Source: Gemmatimonadota bacterium (GTDB lineage: Bacteria; Gemmatimonadota; Gemmatimonadetes; Gemmatimonadales; GWC2-71-9). Taken from it: DNA of 64,000 nt. The translations under genes were made by a program, and so were the position numbers. The stretch's first letter is position 1; each line of letters begins with the position of its first letter. This document shows positions 27,684 to 35,874 of the stretch, one piece after another. The notes beneath the pieces were generated by a model that was not told the origin of the DNA, made no database searches, and saw only the letters and a program-made list of their open reading frames with translations. The stretch covers positions 64,001-128,000 of the forward strand of contig JBDHKN010000001.1 of the NCBI GenBank assembly GCA_039586365.1. Reading direction: 5' to 3'.

Positions 27684-28964
27684 TCAGGGTCGTTGACCTC
27701 CGTCCGGATTCGGTTGCCTGGAAGGACTCTCCGGCAGGTTTGGACTGTGACTCCGCTTGAAGGCTCCGGGCGGGTATCGTGCGCTTGCGTTCCAGAGGAT
27801 CCAGTCGGTTAGTCCAAGGTCTTCAACGGCATCTATTTCGGCTCGGACTTCGACAGCCGTGTATCTGACTCGCCGTATCGAGAACGACTGCAGGAACGGT
27901 CTAATCCTCGCCCCGCCCTCTACTGCAGCAGCCCGTCTGATCCCATCCACCAATGCACGCCGCACAACCTCGTACGGTTCTGCATTCGGCCATTCCAAGC
28001 CATATGCGCCACGGTAATAGTGGCTGGGATACACCATTGGCAGCACGACGTCGGCAACCCGAACCACGTCTTCCCAATACTGCCCAATACCCAGATCGTT
28101 CGTGGAACTCGTTGTGAGCCCAAATACGTCGAGGGTATAGGGCACTCCAAGTGCGTTGATACGAGTCTTCAACAACTCCAGGTTGCGCCGAATTCCGGTG
28201 CGCTTGGATTCCCTCCCCCTCCGCGCCGGGTAAGATGCGCGGGCGAGGGATTCCGCCGGTTCATCCGGGAAACGCACGTAGTCGAATTGGACTTCACGAA
28301 AACCGAGAAGCACAGCTTCGGCGGCGATGTCGGCCGCGTAGAGCCACACGGAGTCCCGGAAGGCATCGACCCATGCGGTGCTGAACCGATCTAACCACAA
28401 CCCGCCGTCGACGTCCTGTACCGCCCACTGCGGTTTGTGCTTGGCGAGAAGAGGGTCTTTCGCAACGACGATCCGTGCTATGGCGTGGATACCATGCTCC
28501 CGTAGCAGGGAGAGTCGCTCGCGCACATCAGCAGCACGCACGCGTTGGTTTGCTCCGATTGCCACTGCCGTTGGCACACTCGAGCGGTATGTCAGGTGTC
28601 CGGTGCCATCTTTGACGTCGATAACGAATGCGTTGATCTCAGTCGTGTCGGCCAGCGCAATCAGGCTGTGGAACCGGCTGGAGCCGAAGGTCCAGCCGTT
28701 CATGTACACTCCGCGCACCACAGCAGGGGTCTCGCCGGGCGGTGGTGGCGGTAGCCGAATGGCAGTGAGATCCTCGGGGATGATTTCGGCCAGGTAGTCT
28801 GGGCGAAGACTCTCGTGATGTAGCTTGGTCCAGGAGAACTGCGGTGACGGTTCCTGGGCGGCGGCTAGGGCCACAGCAACAAGGTGCGTATGCAGAGTCG
28901 GGGCGGCCAGCCCGAGCATCGCGGTCAGAGGGCGGGGCCCGACAAGGCGTCCGAACGCTGCCAT
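27684..28964 (-). CDS. Putative glycoside hydrolase (DUF4015-like TIM barrel)
   Basis: VRGVYM, NAFVIDVKD, IARIVVAKD, GFREVQFDYVRFP, IGQYWE, PMVYPSHY and RPFLQ. Confidence 0.85.
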   Translation of the reverse strand: MAAFGRLVGPRPLTAMLGLAAPTLHTHLVAVALAAAQEPSPQFSWTKLHHESLRPDYLAEIIPEDLTAIRLPPPPPGETPAVVRGVYMNGWTFGSSRFHSLIALADTTEINAFVIDVKDGTGHLTYRSSVPTAVAIGANQRVRAADVRERLSLLREHGIHAIARIVVAKDPLLAKHKPQWAVQDVDGGLWLDRFSTAWVDAFRDSVWLYAADIAAEAVLLGFREVQFDYVRFPDEPAESLARASYPARRGRESKRTGIRRNLELLKTRINALGVPYTLDVFGLTTSSTNDLGIGQYWEDVVRVADVVLPMVYPSHYYRGAYGLEWPNAEPYEVVRRALVDGIRRAAAVEGGARIRPFLQSFSIRRVRYTAVEVRAEIDAVEDLGLTDWILWNASARYPPGAFKRSHSPNLPESPSRQPNPDGGQRP

Positions 28965-28972
28965 GCCAAGGC

Positions 28973-30562
28973 CTAAGGGCCTCCCTCGATTACGCGCAAC
29001 TCCACCCTGCGATTCAGGGCGCGCCCATCTCGCGTAGTGTTGGTGGCGATCGGTTGGTTTGAACCATAGCCATGGGCCTCCATCCGCTCGGGTGGGATTC
29101 CCTTGCGAGCGAGGTAGGCCATCACGGCCCTGGCACGTGAGAGTGAAAGCGGATTGTTGATTGCGTCTGTGCCGGTCGCGTCTGTGTGTCCCGCGACTTC
29201 GATTCTAACGTCAGGGTATTCGAGCAGCGACGCAGCCACGGCGTCCAGGATCGAGTACGAATCCTGAGTCAATCTGGATCTACTGGTCTCGAAATTGACC
29301 CCCTGAAGAACCAACGGGCCCCTTTCCCCTTGCCCTGTGACGAATTGGCCTTGCTCGATCACAAACAGGACGGGGCATCCGCCAGAATCGACGGGATGGC
29401 CTGGTGCGGTGTTCGGGCAGCGATCGTTGTGATCAGGTACGCCATCTCCGTCGCTGTCCAGACCAGGTTCGCACCCGCGATCATCCACCTCCGTCCCTGG
29501 TGGTGTGCCTGGGCATTGGTCAATCGCGTCCAACACTCCGTCAGCGTCACTGTCCTCGGGGCAGCCAGTCTCGCTAACCGGAACTCCAAACGGAGTGCCG
29601 GGGCATACGTCCAATCCATCGAACACTCCGTCTCCGTCACTGTCCACGGGACATCCCCTAACGTTCACCTCAGCACCTGCAGGGGTATCGGGACACTGGT
29701 CCAATCCGTCAAACACCCCGTCCGTGTCTCCGTCTAGTGGACATCCTCGGGGATCTACGACAGCTTCGGCAGGCGTGTCCGGGCAGCTGTCGATTCCGTC
29801 CAAGACTCCGTCCTCGTCGGTGTCGCTGGGGCAGCCTTGGGCGTCCACCGTTGCGCCGGCCTGCGTGTCAGGACAGGCGTCTAGCCCGTCAAACACGAGA
29901 TCCCTATCGGTATCTAGCGGGCAGCCACCGTCATCTACGGTAGCACCATGCGGCGTGTCAGGGCACCAGTCATTCTTGTCACCAACGAGATCACCGTCGG
30001 CGTCGCGCAGGCGACCTCCGAAAGCGTAGACTGACAACCCCACAACGGCGCTGAAATTGAGCTCCTTTTCCGAGCCTGCGACGAGATACGACCCACGTGC
30101 CTCCACGCGAAGCGCGGCGCGGCCGCCGACTGAAAGCCGGTCACCCAAAACGACGTGCGGACCGCTGTCTTCGTCGCGCCGGGCACCGCGGAAAAAGATC
30201 TTCTCGTACCCGGCTCCGCCGTAGACTGCATTCCACGGTGCCAAATTAGCGTGTGCCAACAGGGTCCCGCCGATCCGCGCAACGTTGACCGTGTTTTCGG
30301 TGCCAACGAAGCGGGTCCGCGTATAGTCACCGTTGCCTTCGAGCGAGAACAGACGGTGCAGGAAGAAGCCTAGCCTACCACCAGTGCCGAACTCGTTGTC
30401 GAAGCCGATGCTTTCGTCAAACGCTGTGAGCGCTCCGAGGGCCCCCAACTCCACTTGTCCGGCAGTGCCAACTTGCGCCGTGCACGGGGCAACCGCAGCC
30501 AAGTAGCTGAACAGGAGAGCGAGAGCGGTCACGCGACCGGGGAAACGCAGGTGTCTCGGCAT
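28973..30562 (-). CDS. OmpA family protein: beta-barrel, seven thrombospondin type-3-like repeats, OmpA C-terminal domain
   Basis: Signal peptide; DxDxDGVxDxxDxCP repeats; VNFETS, GHTD, LSLSRA and NRRVE. Confidence 0.93.
   Translation of the reverse strand: MPRHLRFPGRVTALALLFSYLAAVAPCTAQVGTAGQVELGALGALTAFDESIGFDNEFGTGGRLGFFLHRLFSLEGNGDYTRTRFVGTENTVNVARIGGTLLAHANLAPWNAVYGGAGYEKIFFRGARRDEDSGPHVVLGDRLSVGGRAALRVEARGSYLVAGSEKELNFSAVVGLSVYAFGGRLRDADGDLVGDKNDWCPDTPHGATVDDGGCPLDTDRDLVFDGLDACPDTQAGATVDAQGCPSDTDEDGVLDGIDSCPDTPAEAVVDPRGCPLDGDTDGVFDGLDQCPDTPAGAEVNVRGCPVDSDGDGVFDGLDVCPGTPFGVPVSETGCPEDSDADGVLDAIDQCPGTPPGTEVDDRGCEPGLDSDGDGVPDHNDRCPNTAPGHPVDSGGCPVLFVIEQGQFVTGQGERGPLVLQGVNFETSRSRLTQDSYSILDAVAASLLEYPDVRIEVAGHTDATGTDAINNPLSLSRARAVMAYLARKGIPPERMEAHGYGSNQPIATNTTRDGRALNRRVELRVIEGGP
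29372..30004 (-). repeat. Seven intragenic tandem repeats of about 90 nt (30 aa, TSP3-like Ca-binding)
   Basis: Repeat unit D[ST]DxDGVxDxxDxCPxTPxGxxVDxxGCP seen seven times. Confidence 0.9.
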
Positions 30563-30674
30563 GTCACACAATCTAAGGTTTCTAGGTTTCGCTGCCACGC
30601 TGTTTGGTCCAATCAGTTACTTCCTTACGAATCGGAATTAACATAATTGGAGGCCGACATTTCTGCGGCAGAGA

Positions 30675-32816
30675 TCACAAGTTGGCGTCTGCTTCAGGAG
30701 GCGATCTGTCCGCTTCCGGGTCGCGACCATCCAGCTTTCCCGTGGCGCTTGCCAACTCTTTCGCCAGCCTTGCGATCTCTCGGCTCCCGGTGATAAGCTG
30801 TTGTACCGCCTGGGCTTGTCCTGCAGAGGCGGTGGAGACGAGTGCGGCCTCGTTGGCGGACCGATCGGCAGCCGTCAGTGCCTCGATCAGCATTCGGCTA
30901 GTCTCACGTGCCAAATCGATGTTGTCCTTGGGCAGCGTGGCCAGGTGACTCCCAGCTTCACGGGTGGCCTCGGCGGAGTCGACGACTTGGGCTAGGTCGC
31001 CGCTCCATTTGGCGGAGGTATCTGCCAACTGGCTGAGCTGGCTGCCCAGATCTTCCAGTACCTGGGCCGCACGATCAATGGCCTGGCGAGCGTCCCTTGC
31101 GCTGCGGCCGATGCTTTGCGCCGCTTCAGCGCTTTGTTCCGCGAGCTTCCTGACTTCGTCCGCAACCACAGCGAAACCCTTGCCATGACTTCCGGTTCTG
31201 GAAGCCTCAATCGTCGCGTTGAGTGCCAGGAGGTTGGTCTGGTTGGCAATTACGGCAATTGTATCCGAGAATTCCTCAACGTCCTTCGCGGCGTCTCGCA
31301 AGTGGCTTACCTCTGCCACTCCCATCTCGATGGTTGAGCCGAGGCGTGACAACTCTGCAACCGCACGCGAACTCGTTTGGTGAACATCGAGAGCTATTTG
31401 TGAGACGGAGGAAGTCGTTGCTGCAGTTCGGGTCGCGGCTTGAATCGTGTTCTCAAGACCCCCGATCAATCTCTCGAGTATCTCTGCAGCCTGCTGTGCT
31501 TGGTCCATTGCGCGCTTGGCATCTGTTTCCGCTTTATCAGCGCTACTGGCCACTACTCCGGCCTTCTCCCTGATAGCTTCGCACGCAGCCGTGAGCTGCG
31601 TCGCGTATTGGACCGTCCTGTCGGAAGACCGCAACGCAGGCTCGAGGGCTGAAAGAAGGTTCAAGGACAGTGCGAACTGCGGTGCCAGCAAGCTAAGGAG
31701 CTCGCCGTCTGCACTGCGGTAGACGGCGGGATCTGAATGGCGCACACTCCAAGTTCCCGCCAAGCGCGCCCCCTGTAGCAGTGGGACTACGATCTCGGAA
31801 CCCAGCGCGTCTCCGGCTGATGGGATGAAATCGTTCCGGTTCAAGACGCTCGCGACGACTGGCCGACCCCGCCGAACGGCTTCCGCTACCGTCCCGCTGG
31901 TTGCGTCGAGCCGGGTTCCAGCAAGCAGTTCTGTATCTGCTATAACGAGAAGTTCGCCAGCCGCGGCGTCGTACCGCGAGAACCCCATGTTCTCCCACGG
32001 TACCAAGCGGGCAGTCAGTTCCTGGATGCGGGGAAGACTGCTCTGGATGTGGACTTCGGCCGCAACTGTGTCGGCCAATCCTTGGACAAGGCGGAGTTCG
32101 TCAGCGCGAACTGCCGAACGGATTACCCAATAGGCAAGCCAGCCGATACAGAGGAAGACGACGGAGATAGTGGCGGTCGGTCCAATAGGAATCCCGGCGG
32201 TGAGCAAGCCAACCCACGCAATTGCGAGCGCGCTTCCGGCGAGGGATGTGACCGCCTCCCACCTCAGTGTCACCTGCGCATCTATCCAAGCCGATCTCGT
32301 CGACTGCGACAGTTCGAGGTAGAAGGTCGCGTTCACGACGAACGGGAGCAATACGATAGCTGCGGCAAGGGGCAGTAGGTTCTGTATGTCCACTGCCGCG
32401 GATCCTGTTGCTCCACCTATGTTGACATACAGCAGGCCGATTAGGCCTGTGGCCAGGGCTAGGTGTCCAGTGTTTCCCAAAGCTTCCCAAGCGGGAATGC
32501 GCCGCAATCCCATCTCGCCAACGATCATTCCAACGCTCACGACCACGACCGCGAACTCCCAGCCGCGAAGTAGCAGGCTAGCCACCGCAACGCCGGTGAC
32601 GAAGGATGCGACTCCACGACCAGGGAGAGGGATGCTGAAGAGACGGCTGCCTGCCGTGGCTGTGCCAAAGATCAGGAATTGAAGTGCGAATCCGCCGGTT
32701 CGTAGCTCTGGGTTCACTAGGATACCTACAACAGCTAGTGCGAAGAGGCTCGAGCCGCCGAGTTCTACTACAAGCCGGAGCCAGCGAGTCCGTGGGGTCA
32801 TGGTTGGCACAGTCAC
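30675..32816 (-). CDS. Methyl-accepting chemotaxis-like protein with polytopic membrane N-terminus and GAF-like domain
   Basis: About 7-8 hydrophobic helices; SEIVVPL (GAF); [40 protein letters not shown] hairpin. Confidence 0.9.
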   Translation of the reverse strand: MTVPTMTPRTRWLRLVVELGGSSLFALAVVGILVNPELRTGGFALQFLIFGTATAGSRLFSIPLPGRGVASFVTGVAVASLLLRGWEFAVVVVSVGMIVGEMGLRRIPAWEALGNTGHLALATGLIGLLYVNIGGATGSAAVDIQNLLPLAAAIVLLPFVVNATFYLELSQSTRSAWIDAQVTLRWEAVTSLAGSALAIAWVGLLTAGIPIGPTATISVVFLCIGWLAYWVIRSAVRADELRLVQGLADTVAAEVHIQSSLPRIQELTARLVPWENMGFSRYDAAAGELLVIADTELLAGTRLDATSGTVAEAVRRGRPVVASVLNRNDFIPSAGDALGSEIVVPLLQGARLAGTWSVRHSDPAVYRSADGELLSLLAPQFALSLNLLSALEPALRSSDRTVQYATQLTAACEAIREKAGVVASSADKAETDAKRAMDQAQQAAEILERLIGGLENTIQAATRTAATTSSVSQIALDVHQTSSRAVAELSRLGSTIEMGVAEVSHLRDAAKDVEEFSDTIAVIANQTNLLALNATIEASRTGSHGKGFAVVADEVRKLAEQSAEAAQSIGRSARDARQAIDRAAQVLEDLGSQLSQLADTSAKWSGDLAQVVDSAEATREAGSHLATLPKDNIDLARETSRMLIEALTAADRSANEAALVSTASAGQAQAVQQLITGSREIARLAKELASATGKLDGRDPEADRSPPEADANL

Positions 32817-32970
32817 CTAGTCGTCTCGCACTCAGAGATTCGGGGTAAGCGGCGGGAATCTTGTGCCACTGAGGGAAAAGTGCAAGCGTCGTTGGAGTCA
32901 TGCGAGCCAGATGGCCGTGCGGCAGTTGAAACCATTACTTTACTCTTTGAATATGGAGATGGAGGCAAGC

Positions 32971-33201
32971 ATGAAGGTCAGCATTCAGTATTGCGTTGTC
33001 TGAAATTATGAACCGCGGGCCGTCAGTCTGGCGGCCGAGATAGAGCAGGCGTTCCCCGGGACGGAGGTTGAACTGATTGGTAGCTCGGGTGGTGCCTTCG
33101 AGGTAACGGTGCACGGGGCTTTGGTCTTCTCCAAACTACAGATCGGACGCCATGCTGAGCCAGGCGAAGTGGTTGGGCTGATCCGAGGACAGATCAACTA
33201 G
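32971..33201 (+). CDS. SelW/SelT/SelH (Rdx) family selenoprotein, 76 aa, UGA read as Sec at 33001-33003
   Basis: MKVSIQYCVV-U-NYEPRAVSLAAEIEQAFPGTEVELIGSSGGAFEVTVHGALVFSKLQIGRHAEPGEVVGLIRGQIN; CxxU and GxFEV motifs; GGAGG RBS; absent from the ORF track. Confidence 0.93.
33018..33036 (+). promoter_or_regulatory. Bacterial SECIS hairpin
   Basis: GGCCGUC-AGUCU-GGCGGCC 7-bp stem; apical loop begins 21 nt after the UGA and contains GU. Confidence 0.75.
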
Positions 33202-33221
33202 TTCAGAGGGAGATTCGGACT

Positions 33222-34334
33222 ATGACGGGGGCATACGGCGTGTTCTCTGGCTCGAAGCGAATCGCAGTCTCAACAGGCGGTGGCGATGCGCCAGGTTTGA
33301 ATGCCGTTATTCGGGCTGTGGTTCATGCGGGCCTGAATCGCGGTTGGGAAGTCATGGGCGTAAAGCGAGGCTTTGGCGGCCTGCTCGGGGAGACCCAGGT
33401 GTGGTCCTTGGACCGGGAAGATGTCCGAGGCTTGACCAATGAAGGGGGGACCATTCTCGGCACCACGAATAGGGGCAATCCTTTCCGGTGGCCCAGCAGA
33501 CAACCGGATGGCACCTGGGTGGAGGTTGACCGATCCGACGAGGTCGTCGAGACAGCCAGGCTGCTTGGTATCAACGCGCTCATTGCAGTGGGCGGCGACG
33601 GGACCTTGAGGATTGCCAGTGATCTAGCCGAGAAGGGTCTCCCTGTGGTTGGGGTGCCGAAGACTATCGATAACGATGTCGCAGGTACCTGGATGACGTT
33701 CGGATTCGACACGGCGGTGAACACAGCGACGGATGCCTTTGACAAGATAGAGTCCACTGCAGAGAGTCATGAACGAGTCATGGTTGTCGAGTTGATGGGC
33801 CGTTATGCTGGGTGGATAACGTTGCATGCAGGCCTTGCCGGGAGCGTTCATGTCATTCTGATTCCGGAGATCCCCTTTGATCTCGAGAAGGTCTGCGACA
33901 AGATACGTCAAAGGGAGGCTCTGGGACGTCACTTCAGCGTGGTGGCGGTCGCCGAGGGCGCGGTCCCGGCGGGTGGAGCGGCAGTCCTCAAGGCAGAGGC
34001 GATATCCGGCGGCGTGGAGAGACTGGGCGGCATAGCAAATCTTGTCGCTGAGTATGTTCAGAAGCGCACCAACAAGGAGGCCCGTACTGTCACTCTTGGT
34101 CACCTCCAACGAGGTGGCAGGCCGACCACTTTTGACCGACTTCTTGCGTTGCGCTTTGGCGCTGCAGCGGTGAGGGCTGTTGAAGAGGGACGCGTCGGCC
34201 ACATGGTGGCTTTTCATCCCCCCGACGTCACCACGGTTCCGCTTCAGGAAGCCCTGGCGGCGCCTAAGCTAGTTCCCCTGGATTGCGATCAGATAAGGAC
34301 GGCAAGGGACCTGGGCATCTGTCTGGGAGATTGA
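33222..34334 (+). CDS. pfkA: 6-phosphofructokinase, probably ATP-dependent
   Basis: TGGGDAPGLNA, GGTILGT, GGDGT (Gly variant suggests ATP), PKTIDND, ELMGR and LGHLQRGG. Confidence 0.93.
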   Translation: MTGAYGVFSGSKRIAVSTGGGDAPGLNAVIRAVVHAGLNRGWEVMGVKRGFGGLLGETQVWSLDREDVRGLTNEGGTILGTTNRGNPFRWPSRQPDGTWVEVDRSDEVVETARLLGINALIAVGGDGTLRIASDLAEKGLPVVGVPKTIDNDVAGTWMTFGFDTAVNTATDAFDKIESTAESHERVMVVELMGRYAGWITLHAGLAGSVHVILIPEIPFDLEKVCDKIRQREALGRHFSVVAVAEGAVPAGGAAVLKAEAISGGVERLGGIANLVAEYVQKRTNKEARTVTLGHLQRGGRPTTFDRLLALRFGAAAVRAVEEGRVGHMVAFHPPDVTTVPLQEALAAPKLVPLDCDQIRTARDLGICLGD

Positions 34335-34378
34335 GAGGGTGGGAGGGCGCAATTTGTTCCGCACGCCCTCTCATCTCC
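34326..34378. terminator. GC-rich hairpin between convergent pfkA and the symporter gene (possible bidirectional terminator)
   Basis: GGTGGGAGGGCG pairs with CGCCCTCTCATC; no clear U-tract. Confidence 0.45.
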
Positions 34379-34410
34379 AGCCCCTGGCCTCACTACATCG
34401 TTGTGTTGAG

Positions 34411-35733
34411 CTAGGCAGCTGCGGCCGTAGCCTCTGCTGGTATCTCGAGTTCACCCTCCGTCTTGGCCACCCACACGGCACAAGTGGTGTCACCGGTCAC
34501 GTTCAGCATCGTCCTGGCCATGTCGAGTATTCGTTCCACGCCGACCACGAGCGCAATTCCTTCGAGCGGGATTCCCAGTTGTGTCAGAACGATGGTCAAG
34601 GTGACCATGCCGATTCCAGGAACACCGGCCGCACCAATGGAAGCCAGGGTAGCTGTCAGCACCACGGTCAGTAGATCAGTGAACCCCAGGGAGATCCCGA
34701 ACACCTGTGCTATGAAGATGGTGCTTACGCCCTGGTATATCGCCGTGCCGTTCATGTTCACGGTAGCACCAAGCGGCAGCACAAAAGCCGCAACGTCATT
34801 GGAGACGCCAAGTTCTTCTTCGGTCACCTGAAGGTTGATTGGCAGCGTCGCATTGCTCGACGACGTGGAGAACGCGAACACCATAACCTCATAGAATTTC
34901 CTGAAGAAGAACAGGGGTGACATTCCTGAGAGCTTGATCGACGTCGGATAGAAAGTGATCGCAAACAGAGCCATAGTACCGATGGTGACCAACACGTACT
35001 TGAGCAGCGTGAGTAGGACGCCATATCCAAACTGAGCAGATACTGCAGCGATCAGTGCGAACACACCGTAGGGTGCGATCTTCATCACCATCTTCACCAG
35101 CACGATCATGGCGTCGTTCACCGCGTTCAGGACATCCATGATCGGTTTTCGGCGATCTTCAGGCAATATGGTCAGCGAGACCCCGAACAGGAGTGCAAAG
35201 AATATGATCTGCAGGAAGTTGGTATCCGCCATCGCTCGAAACGGATTCCTAGGGATGATCCGCACAAGGAGATCGGTGATCGAAGGCTTCTCGGTTACCC
35301 GCTCGAGTTGCTCTGCAGTGACGCCGGCGTAGTCGGTCAGCATCCGCGCCTTCACGTCTTCGTCCATGCCGGCGCCTGGGTTGAATGTCTTCCCAGCTGC
35401 GAGTCCGAATGCAACAGCCAGTGCAGTCGCAACCAAGTAATATCCGACCGTCTTCATGCCGATCCTGCCCAGCTTGCGCAAATCACCCAGGCTTGCCGTA
35501 CCCACTATCAGTGAAGCCATCACGAGTGGTACGACAATCATTATCAGCATATTGATGAAGGCATCGCCGATCGGCTTGATCCCAACCGCCACGTTGCCCA
35601 GCAGCGGGACGTCGCGAAGCGCCGGACCCATAACCGCTCCGAGTATCAGGCCGATCAAGATCTTCGTATGCAGCTTCATGCCCCGGATCTTACCGAGCAT
35701 GCTCCTGGATTGGGATCTGTTGTCGCTGTCCAC
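34411..35733 (-). CDS. Dicarboxylate/amino acid:cation symporter (DAACS, GltP/GltT-like)
   Basis: LHTKILIGLILG, FSTSSSNATLP, PLGATVNMNGT and ERILDMARTMLNVTGD. Confidence 0.94.
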   Translation of the reverse strand: MDSDNRSQSRSMLGKIRGMKLHTKILIGLILGAVMGPALRDVPLLGNVAVGIKPIGDAFINMLIMIVVPLVMASLIVGTASLGDLRKLGRIGMKTVGYYLVATALAVAFGLAAGKTFNPGAGMDEDVKARMLTDYAGVTAEQLERVTEKPSITDLLVRIIPRNPFRAMADTNFLQIIFFALLFGVSLTILPEDRRKPIMDVLNAVNDAMIVLVKMVMKIAPYGVFALIAAVSAQFGYGVLLTLLKYVLVTIGTMALFAITFYPTSIKLSGMSPLFFFRKFYEVMVFAFSTSSSNATLPINLQVTEEELGVSNDVAAFVLPLGATVNMNGTAIYQGVSTIFIAQVFGISLGFTDLLTVVLTATLASIGAAGVPGIGMVTLTIVLTQLGIPLEGIALVVGVERILDMARTMLNVTGDTTCAVWVAKTEGELEIPAEATAAAA

Positions 35734-35874
35734 AAGAGATTCCTCGTTAGCTGAATGGGATGCAATCTATCACCGCGGAACGGTCGTGGGGACTTAGGCT
35801 GCAAATCAGGTCCGGTCGGAGTATAGACCGAGATCATCAGGTGGAAAGGCGTTAAAGCTAGTATTGTTGTCCAT

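Noticed and set aside
29372..30004. 90-nt periodic repeats as a possible CRISPR array
   Set aside because: Degenerate at synonymous positions and encode TSP3 protein repeats; no identical repeats with unique spacers and no cas genes.
33006..33197. 63-aa minus-strand ORF in the ORF track
   Set aside because: Antisense to the selenoprotein gene, which explains the region.
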